Of a DNA stretch of 64,000 nucleotides, positions 1-12,000 are shown one piece after another. The notes beneath the pieces are model-generated. The model was given only the letters and a program-made list of their open reading frames with translations, searched no databases and had not been told where the DNA came from. Made by a program: the position numbers and the translations under genes. The stretch's first letter is position 1. Each line of letters opens with the position of its first letter. The stretch comes from a virus: positions 16,710 through 80,709 of IMG/VR virus record IMGVR_UViG_3300022689_000116; one strand, given 5' to 3'.

Positions 1-3000
1 AATGGTTTAATGGAGTTGTTAAATTCACAGGTAGAGTTGGAACATCTTTTCTAGAACCTTTTGTAGATATTGGATATGGTATTCCTTCTATAATGGCTAC
101 TGGTAAATTTTCTGCTTTATATGACAATGATATAACTCAAGCTTTTGATGAGTTTAATAATCATCTTCAAAAACAATTTCCTAATTTTTACACTCATGCT
201 GAAACTGATTCTAAAGCACTTAGTTTAAAGAATCTTACATCTGCTAATTTTTGGGCTGATAAAGTTTTAGGTGGTGCTGCTTTTACAGTTGGTACATTAC
301 TTAATGCTTATGCTACTGCTGGTATTGGAACTGCCCTTAGAGGCGGAGCTGCTTTAAAAGCTTTTAGAGCCGGTTTTAAAGAAATGAGTTTAGCTGCTGA
401 AACAGAAAATGCTTTGAAAGCTATTAGTAGTAAAGCTGCTAGGGTTAGAACTGGAGATGCTATTCAAAATCTTGCCACAACTATTTTATCTGTTGCTGGA
501 GAATCTGGTGTTGAAGCTAGGGATTTAGGTAACACACTTAAAGCTCAAATGGCTGATTATGTTAAACAAGGTCTTATTAGTCAAGAAGAAGCTAGTCGTC
601 AAATTGAAAATGCTATGAATCTTGCTTTTGCAGCTAATGTTGCGATTGTTGGTACTTCTCAATTTATCCAATTTGGTAAACTTTATTCTAGAGGTTTTAA
701 ATCTGACAAACTTAATATATTCAAATTAGTTAAAGAAGGTGGTACATTTAAACCTACTTTACCCGAAACTGGTTTTGGTAAATTTGTAGCTAAATCAGCT
801 GGTGGTAGAGCTATACTCAAAGATATACTTACTGAGAGTAAAGAAGAAGGTTTACAATATCTTACTCAAAAAACTTTAGAATATAAGTATGGTGCTGAAG
901 TTTCTAAAGATATGACTGAATCTATTTCGCATGGTTTTAAAGAACTATTTGGAACTAAAGAAGGTATTGAAAATATGCTTATTGGTGCTATACTTGGTGG
1001 TGGTAGCCATTTAGGTAAAGCTGTAACTGGTAATGCAGAAAATCCTTATACTGCAAAAGTAAATAAAAGTAATGTTGTTGCTGATCTTGCTAATAGATAT
1101 TTTTCAGATGATAATAATAAACTTAGGGATTTAGTTTCTAATGTTGGAGTATATACTGCTGCCAATGAACGTAAAGAATACTATCTTTCTAAAGATGATA
1201 TTTTTAATTATAAAAATGAAGAATCGCAAGAGTTTGCTTCAATGGTTAAGAGTTTTGCTGATCTTGGTGCTATGGATGTTCTTTATGAACAAGTAGATGA
1301 AATAACTTCTATGAATGATGAAGAATATAATAAGATGTTTGGACAAGCCGAAGATGTTAAAGTTACTAAATCTAGAGAAGAACTATCTAGAGAGATTAAA
1401 GAAAAAGCTGAAGCTTTAGATCGTATAAATACTAATATAAATACTGCTTTTAACAATCATATACCAGCATATAAAAATAATTTATTTTATGTTTCAGCTA
1501 TGATTGATGATGGTCGTAGACGTGAAGCTATTCTCAAAAATGAATTATCAGAAGTTACTGGTATTCAATATGAAGATTTTGCTAAGTTGAGAACTCAGAA
1601 TTATAAAGATAGAGAACTAGCTAAAATTGAAAAGTCTAATAAGACTCCCGAAGAAAAACAAAAAGCTATTGATGAATTAGAAAGTCTTAATAAAGAAACT
1701 TTAGATGATGCTTATAGTAAAGCTATCAATAATTGGATAACTGATAATAATCCTGACCTTACCGATACTGAAATAAAAACTCTTACTACTAAGTTAGATG
1801 ATCTTACTAGATTACATGACAGACGACAAAACTTTATTGATACTTATAATTATATGGTATCAGAAAAAGGTATGGAAAATACTACTTTTGAAGGACTTTC
1901 AAAGAGTGCTGATAAAGATGCTCAAGAATCTATTAAAGAACTTCAAGCTTTACAAGAGAAGTTTCAGAAAGATATTAATGAAGGAAAACTCAATAAAAAA
2001 GAGATTGATAAAGCTATTATTGATGCTGAAGCTTTATATAAACTTAATGGTAGGGAATCTTTTAATAAATTAAAGAAAAATCTTACTAAATTAAGAGATA
2101 ACTATTATAATAAAAAGGGGAGTGACAATTCTTCCAATCCTACCGGGAAATCGAACAATACGAAAAATACGAAAGTTGAAGATACTTCTGACATTAATGA
2201 AACTAATGATGATACATCTGTAGCTGAACCTACTCAAGAAGAAGTTGATCTTGAACAAGTTATGGCTGATACCGAGTTAGAAGATATTAATGATGAAGTT
2301 ATAGAAGAAGGTGATGTTAAAAATGTTAGTGAATTAAGAAATTCTAATCTTAGTCAAGATCAAGAAGGATTAATATTAGATGCTTTAGATGAAGCTAATA
2401 AACTTGAAGATACAGAAGGTGTTGATGAAGTTATAAAATCTCCTAAAAAGGTTAGTGGAGATCAAGCTAAGAAAGCTTTTATTCAACTATTTGATAGGCT
2501 TAGTCCTAATAGTATTTTCTCATGGAATCTTTCTAATAATATGCTTTATGATTTTGGAGCTATTATGGAAAAGATAAATGATGTTGCTGTTAAGAATGGT
2601 AAAGAACTTTCTCCTCAGGCTTTTCAAGTACTTCAAGGTTTTTATTTTGCATATGTTTATTCAACAGCTAAAGATCAAGCTAAGTATAAGAATCCTATGT
2701 CTTATAAATATGCTGATTTAGAAAGTGCTGAAATAGCTCATCAAAATAGAGTTGCTGTAACTGTTCATGACGTTAATAAAAAATATACCAAAGATGTTGC
2801 TAAAGAAGATTTAGCAGATATGGAAACAAGACGTGTTGGTCGTGTTACAGAAAATGCTCATAGAACTGTTTCTGCTTTTAATAGAGCTTATGAAAAAGTA
2901 AAAGGTGAGAATAAGTTTAGAGATTTAAACAATACTATTGTAAATCTTGCAGCTTTAGATTTTAATAAAGTTAATGTAGGAAGTACAATTACTTTAAGAA

Positions 3001-6000
3001 TACCTAAAAAGGTTGAACATACTGTTGATGGTATCCCTAAAGGAAAAGCTGAAATACTACAACGTGCTTTAAATAAAGAAAATCTTACTAAAGATGAATT
3101 AAGACAACTTACTATAGAAATGGTAGATGAAGATGGTAATACTATAGGCTATCTTCATACAGAAGAATGGGTTGATAATAAGTTTAAAATGATTAAGGAA
3201 AATCATCCTGATCATTATAGTGATGAAAAGCTTCAAGAAGAAATGGATAATCTTCTTAGTATTAGAGCATCAGTTTATTTAAATGGTTCCGTAAAAACTA
3301 CTGTAACTGGTCGTTCTAATGGTATTTTATTAAACTGGAAAAGTGATAATACAGATGCTGTTACAATTTCTGCTAAAACTGCTTTTCAAGATGATAATCT
3401 TAAGTTCGGAATTGGTGATAGTGGTCGTGTTGAAATAGGTAATAATAGATCATCTAATGATATTGGTGAAGAACTTACTAATCCAGATAAGGTTGTAGAT
3501 GGTATTACTTATGCTGTTTTACCAGTTAATAAAAATACAACTACTAATCAAGTTAAATATATATCTGTACCATTACAATCTATTAAAATTGGTAACCTTA
3601 CGGATGAACAAAAACAAGCTAAGATTAAGAGTAGTATTGTAAATGCTATAAGGATATATATTACTAATGCTAATCCTGATGTAAAAGTAAAACTTAGTGT
3701 TGAAGATCAAAATGTAGTTAAAGATTTAAAGAAGGCTGGTTATGATATTACAACTTCTACTGGATTAAATAATTATTTACAGAACTTTATTTATACTTTT
3801 AAAACTGTAGGTTTTAATTCAGAAGATAAAGCTGGAGAACTTCTTAGAACATTTCTTAAAAGTAAGAGTACTACAGATGTTGCAATTAAAGCCGGAACTA
3901 AGTATATAGAGTTTGGTAGTGGAGATGCTAATGGAGCAGGAGAAAACTATGTTGCAAAAATAACTAAAAAGGGGGTTGAATACTATATAGGTGGAGAACG
4001 TGTGAATCTATCTAAACAAGATAGTATTGATGAAGAAACTTTCTTTAAAGCATTGGGTGGTATAACTAATAAAGCTTATATTGCTAGTGATAGTAAATTG
4101 ATAAATAAGAAAGGTAAATTTAACCTTAATTATATTGTTGATGGGAAAGTTGAAACTAAAGAATATAAACAATATAATGATTATCTTAAAGAAAATTTTC
4201 TTACTGATATTTATGGTCATACAACTAAAGAAGGTAAAACTTATTATTCTATTCATCCTATAATCGAGTTTGATGATAGTTTTATCAAAGGTAAACAAAA
4301 TACTAAACAAGTAGCAGATACTATAAGTGAAACAGAAGGTAAAGCAGAAAAAGAAGTTCGAGCTAAAGCTATGATTGAAAGAGCCATTACAGAAGTTATG
4401 AGTACTGGCGATATTATGGTTGGTGAAGAAACTTATACTCTCGAAGAAATATTACCTATTGGTAAACAAAGTACAGAAGGTGTTACTACTATATATAAAG
4501 ATAGTAAAGGAAAGAAAGTTAAAGTAACTGTTCCTATTACAGATATTGTAGATCAAAAGTATAGTAATAATGATATAGCTGATTTAATTTATGCTAGGGT
4601 ACGTACTGAAAGTAGCCCTGTAGAAAAGGAGATAACCAAAGAAACTCCTAGTGAACAAACAGGAGGTAAATTTAGTACTGATGAACTTGATGATATAGCT
4701 TCTCAATTTGGAGAAACTAATAATACTAATGATGAAGTTATTAATGCTCCTATGCGAGTTGTTGATGATGAAATATTTAATCTTGAAGTTGATTTAGGTA
4801 TTCGTCATAATCCAAATGATACTAAACCTGTTTATAAACGTTGGTTACAAAGACAATATAAAGCGGTTCTTAAAAAAGCTATTGAACTTAATTCTAAACT
4901 TAAAGATACCTCTTATAAGGTAAAGATTATTAAGATTGAGGGAGAGGTTGGAGATAACCGTGTTTATTTTGCTTTAAAAGCTGTTAGGAGAGTTGATGAA
5001 CAAGTCATTAATTCTTTAATTAAAGAAAAAGATCTTTCTACTAATACTCTTAGACAGAATATTGATGGTACTCTATATATTGCAGACCTTAATTTGGCTT
5101 TGCAAAATTCGACCATTGGCGACCTTAAAACAGCTATTATAAGACGTTTAAAAGAAGTTAGGGGTAACAGGTCATTAGAGAAACAGGTGCTTGAAACAAG
5201 CTTAAATGATGCTCTACAAGGCTATATTGACCTTAGAAATCAGTTCATAAGTGCAAAGAATCAAAGTACTGATAAAAACCGTATTGCACAGTATGATAAA
5301 ACTATTACCGGATTAACAGATATTATAAATAATTTTGATACTCTTGCTAAGTTTGCAATTAACGAACTTGCTTCTATTAATTTATTAAGTGTTTCTACTA
5401 AAATTAAATTAGAAGGTGGTAAGATTAAAACTCAAGAGGTTGAAAAAACTATTGATAATAATATTTTAAATGAGAATGATGAAGATGATCCTGATACTGG
5501 TGTAGAAGATATGGATTCAAATGGTGAAGATACTGCTCATTTTGAAACTGAACATAGTATTAAAATAGATCATAAGAAAACTATTTCTAAAGAACTTAAA
5601 CTATTTCTTAGTGATATTACTAATGATAAGATTGGCAGGACTATATTTGGAAAAGCTTTGCCTATGAGATTTGATACTGTTTATAATGATGTTTTAAATG
5701 CTTTATCAAATAAATTATTTACTGGTTATAAAACTTCTTTTGAAGGTATGTTATCTGAATTAGAAAAAGCTTCTGAACAAAAACCTTATTTAATGCAAGT
5801 TGTAGAAAAACTTAAAGAGGAAGCTAAGGATGATAAATCTAAAATTCCTGCACAATTTGAAAGACTTGTATTTAAACATAAATCTGAAATGTTTTATATA
5901 GGTTATTCTTATCGTAAGGATAATTCTAGTAACAATAATAAGAAATACAAAGATAATAAAAAGTATTATTACATTGTTCCAGCTAGAACTAATAATCTAT

Positions 6001-9000
6001 ATAATGAACGTGTTCTTGTAGATAGTTGGATTAGTAATTTTAGAATGGGTCAATATACAACCGTTGATGATAATTATGCTGATTCTATTTTAAGTGCTGA
6101 AAAGTTTGGTAAGTTAAAGAAAGATTATTATAAAATTGCCGATGTTATTGATACTCAAAATACATTATATAAAAATGCTGTTGAAAATGATCAATTTGAG
6201 AAAGCCGAAAGTCATATGCTTAAACTTAAACAAGCTATTAAAGATGCTTTTGGAGTAACTGGTATAATGTTATCTAATGAAACAGTTGATATAATTGCTA
6301 ACAATAAATTTAAGATTGGTAATAATACTGTTACAGTTGCTAATATGTTTAAAGTTGGTAATAAGAATGTTGCTCAAGCTGGTGGTAGATTTACTAGATT
6401 TGTTAAGAATTTAAAGTTTGACAAACCTCTTAGTACATTTAATATATTTTCATCTTCTTTTGTCGAAAGTATTGCAGCTTTAGAATCTAATTATAACAAT
6501 GTTGATTTTAGTAGTAATTACTTAGATCAAGAAGGTAAGTCTATTAGTTCTAATAGTAACTATAAATTCTTAGTTGAAAGAGTTATTACTTTGTTGGATA
6601 ATCCAGTTGTTGATAATAATACTAAAGAAACTATTTGGGAGAAACTTGATAATATTCCTTTCATTCGTAATTCAAGATGGTTTAATGATCTTAAAGAAGG
6701 TAAACTAAATAGAGATAATTTTCATGTAACTTACTCTGACGCTATTGTTCCTTTTAATAAAAGTGATAAAGCAGTTAAAATTAAAAATGCTCCTGAAGCA
6801 GATATTGAAAATTATAAACTAGGTCATTTCTTTAATATGAGAAGTGAACCTGAACAAGAACTTGTTAGGTTTATATATCCTACTCTTTCAGATGGTGGTA
6901 CTGTAATGGAAGTTACAGCTATGGCACAAGATTTTGAACTTGATGACAATAATCAGGTTTCTCAAAATACTATTAGTAGTATAGTAGATCAAATAGTAAT
7001 GCCGGAAGTTGATAGGATTAAAGATGTTAAAGATAAGACTATTGATATTGAAGGTTACAATGAAGGTTCTAAATTATTTTTATTCTTCCCCGAACTTAAT
7101 AAAAAATCTAATGGTTTATTTGATAATGATGGTAATTTAAAACTTGATGTTAAAGGTGAACTCCCATTGGAATCTGTTAAAACTATTAGAAAAGTTGTTA
7201 AAAAATATATTAATAATCTTGTTGATAATAAGATTAACGAATGGATTGATTTTGGTATTCTAAGAGAATCCCCTAAAGGTATTAGAAGTGAAATTCTAAA
7301 CTATGATAAAGATAATCTAATAACTGAAACCCAATTAGAAAACGTTAAAAGGTGGAATACAACTAATGGATTATATGTTGATAGCGAACAAGTTAAATAT
7401 AAAGATAGCACTGGTAAAGAAGTTGAAATAAGACCAGAAGATGTTATATTTGTATATGATACTGATGCTAGTGGAAGTTTACGAAATATAACTTCTGCGG
7501 TAGCTAAAAAACGCTATGGTGCTAAAGATGGTTATGTTAATAGAGTTGTAGGTAATTCATTTGGTATTGTTACACTTGCAGATGAAAATGCCGATATTAA
7601 AGATATGTATCTTTCGAGGAATGAAGTTCGCGAAGCTTTTCAAAAGGTTGTAGATGCTGCCAATAAGAATCCTGATAAATATTTTGTATTACCTACTTTT
7701 AGAAATTCATTTAAACAGTTTGGTTATAATACTTTTGAATATGCTCAAATATTGAGTACTTTAGCTTTACCTGAAAATATAGTTATAAATGAAAAGTTTG
7801 CTAAAACTATAAGTAAAGCTAGAACTAGTTTATTAGAAACTACTCCCGAAGAACTTGAAAGTAGAAAAGAGAAGTCTAAAGCATATATTTATAAAGATCA
7901 TATCTTACATTTTGTTGATAAGAATTATTCTGATAGAATGGAGATTATGCTCGAAGGTACTAATAAGAATAGAATTAAGCAAATGGCTCTCGATTATGTA
8001 CTTAATTATATGGTAGCTAATACTAATATTCATCAACTTATAATTGGCGATCCTGCTTTATACTTTAAAAAGGCTAATGAAAATTTATATTCTCCAGAGA
8101 ATGCAATAGCTACATTTGATAATGTTATAAAACGTCTTGCAGCTGATCGCGCTCCTGGTGAACACATGGCTAATAGTTTTGCTGTAGATGAAGTTTATAA
8201 ACAAGTATTTGTATTAGATAGAAAGAAAAAACTTGCTTCACTAGCTAATACTTATCTTAAATCATTAGGTTTTGATTATAGTGAAATTAATGGTACGGAT
8301 GCTCAAGAAATGACTACTTTTAAAGAGGATATGTATGTTAAATATAGAAATGGTATTATAAGTAAAGCTTTATATAATAGACTATTTAATAAAAATGGTA
8401 TTGTTACTAAAGAGTTAAATCGTAAAGATTCTAATGGCAAACCAAATCCTAACCATTATTATATGGGAGCTATTTATGGAACTCTTAGTAAAGAAGATTC
8501 TGATCTTTATAAAGAATTTAAAGAAAATGTTAATCAACCAGTTAAACCTGTTTATGTTAATAATCTTGCTCAAACTATAGATGGACACAATGTTGATAGA
8601 CGTATGTATATTAAATCTTCATCGTTTGCTTTAACACCTTCTCTGACTATGAATAGAGAACTTGATAAGGTACGTATTTATATGGAATCTAATGGCATTG
8701 ATCGTCTTGCATTTGGTTCTGCTGTTAAAGTTGGTAATTTTGCAACAAATCCACGAATATTTAATAATGATGGTACTATAACTATTCCTGATGATTTTGA
8801 TGACTATACTATGGAACTTCCTAGAAGTGGTTTTAGAATCCAGCAAGATAATCCATTTGATGTTAATAAAAATAAGGTTAAATTTGGAGTTCAAGAATCA
8901 GCCCTTCTATTTAATAATCTTTTACATATTGATAAATTTAAAGATTTAAGCACACGATTTAATGATACTTATTCTAAACTTTATCAATTAGAATTAGGTA

Positions 9001-12000
9001 AGCTTTATACTCAACTTGGTATATTAGAAGAAGGTCAAAAACTTAGTGATCTAAATGAAACTATATTAGATACTACATTTATAAATGATAAAATTAATCT
9101 TGAGAAACTTTCAGCACTTGTTAAAGAAGAAGCTTCTGCTAGAGGTTATAGTCGTAATGATATTGTTGGACTAGGACTTAAAGATGGTGAGTTTTTTATT
9201 CGTCTAGGTTTTCATACTAGAGCTATTAATTTAGAATCTTTATTTAATTCTATAATTAATAATAGAGTTATTTCTCATAAGATTACAGGTAAGAGTTTTA
9301 TACTTGGTACAGAAGAAGGTTTTAAACATCTTGAAGATAAAAAATTAAGAGATAATATTGTCTATACTTCTGATATAGTTGATGATCTTAAACCTATGGG
9401 TTTTACAGATAAAGATGGAAACTATATTGATATAAAAGATGTTGATAAGGATAGTAAGTTTCAACCTGCTCAGATATTTATACCTTCTATACTAAGAGAT
9501 AACAACGGTAAAAAGATAAATCTATTTGAAAAGGATATAGAAACTAAATCATACAAATATTTAATGATTGTTAAACGCAATGGTCAAAATAAACTTGTGC
9601 TTAGAAAGAATATGGTTGATTCTGATCTTTTTAAAGCTTTTGGTTTCCGTATTCCAACACAAGGTCATAATAGTATGACTTCAATAGAAATAGCAGGTTT
9701 TCTTCCAGAAGATGCAGGTGATCTAATCATTGCTCCTAGAGATTTTGTTAAACAAATGGGTTCTGACTTTGATGTTGATAAACTTTACAGTTATATGTAT
9801 AATATGGAAGTTAATGAAGATGGAAAGATTAAGAAAGTTAAATCTGGAAATGATAGTAAAAAGGCTTTACAAAATCAATTATTAGATATTCATTTTGGAG
9901 TTTTAAATGATCCTAATGTAGATGTTCAAAAACAAATATTTGAACCTCTTGAATTTGGTATTCTAAAAATGGAACAAGGTGAATTTATAAGTTCTGATAA
10001 AGATGTTGAGAAAGCTGTTAATAATATGTATAATGGTAAGTTAGCAGACTATATTGATGATCTTAATAGTACAAGGGATAAAATGTTTACTGGAATAGAT
10101 GATATGTTCCAAAGACAAAGCTTTCTTGAAGGTCGTGATGGTGGTGTTGGTATTGGTAAGTTTAGTTTAGATAGTACATTCAATGCTTTATTACAACAAA
10201 CTAAAGTTGAAATTGGTAAAGAAACAGTTAAAGGATTTAAACCAGATTCTGTTACACTTGGTAATAAAGTTTCCAATCACATTTACGATGCTAAATCTAA
10301 TAAAATTGGAGATAAAGAATTTAATAAATCTCAAGTTATTTCTTGGTATCAATCAGCTTCTGTTGATAATGCTAAAGAAAAATTATTATATAAACTTAAT
10401 ATCAATGATGTAACTTATGGTGCTATAACTTATCTAAATCAATTAGGATTTAATGAAGAAATTATATGGTTAATCAATCAACCTATTATTAGAGATTATG
10501 TAAGAGAATTACAAATTGTAAATAGTTCTATAAATTCTGTAGATGATTATATAAATAGAGCTACTTTAAAAGTTTATGAAAAGTATAATCGTGATCGAGT
10601 TTTTAGTAAAGAAGATGGAACTGACAAACTTACAAAAACTTATAATAATCCTGGTAGATATGGTATTGGCGAATTACATAAACTTCTTAAACAAAATAAA
10701 GAAGGTATAAAAGACAATACTGCTGATGAATTTAACAGAAGTCAATTAGGTATATTTAAGATATTTAAAGACTTTAGTAAAAAAGGAGATGCTATTGCTG
10801 ATTTACAATCTGTATTAAATAGTAACAGTAAAGGTATGGGTAAAGATGTAGCTACAGCTTATATCAAAACTAAAGCTATTTTAGAAATAGATGATAATGT
10901 TAGTTTTTACAATCCTTCACAACTTATTGGAACTAAGATAAATGAAATTAAATATCGTAAGTTAGAACCTGAACAACAAAACCAATATTTCAAAATAGAA
11001 GATAATGTTTATATTAAACCTACCACTATTGCAGGTATGGCTTCTATATTTGGTACTATTGCAGGTACTAAATTATGGTCTAGTATCTTCCCTTATAACA
11101 GTCCTATAATAGGTCGTGAAATAGATAAGATACATGAAATTTCTAATTTTAGGTCTAAGCATATTTCTACAGAAGCTAAAGATATTAAACATTTATGGAC
11201 TGAGTTAAAGAAATTTATCAATAGTAAGACTATTTCTAACATAAGTACTGAAAGTCCAAATGAGATTCGTAATCGTCTTATGTTAGATAGATTTGATGGG
11301 GATAATAATCATACTCATTATTCATTAGCTTCTATTATAAAAGCTGGAAAAGAAAATGGTACATTGACAAGTAATGATCTTGTCAATACTTTAATACTTG
11401 AACCTAAAAAGAATAGGAATAGTTTTGCACTTGTTAAGTATAATACTAATGGTAAGAATATAGATGAATCTAATCTTATAAATGGATTTATGCAACTTAT
11501 TCATACTAATAAAAAGATTGGAGATTTCAATGGGGTTGAATATACAACTCGTAATCTTGCTGCTGATCTTTTACTCTATAGTCTTACTGCTGGTGGAGTT
11601 CAACAATTTGGAAGGTTTGCTAAATATGTTCCTATGGAATATCTTGATAAGGTTGGTTATACAGAAGCTATCAATAGTTTAGATTTTACTAACCCTTATA
11701 TAGCTGGTTATACAGAAATGAATGAAGATCATAATAATATATCTGAATTTGTAACTCAATATTTTCAGCATTTTCCAACTAAGACTCAAAAAGTAAATCT
11801 TAGTAATTCATTTATGTTTTATGATAACTCTTTAGATTTAGATGATCTTAAACAAATTCAATTAGATAAACTCAACATTGAAGATTCTGTATTAGTAGAA
11901 GGAGTTCCTGTTAGTAAGGAAATGGAACAAGCAGAAAATAGACGTCTTGCTTTTATTAGAAGAATATATAGAACTTATGATGAAAATGATGATTCTAATA

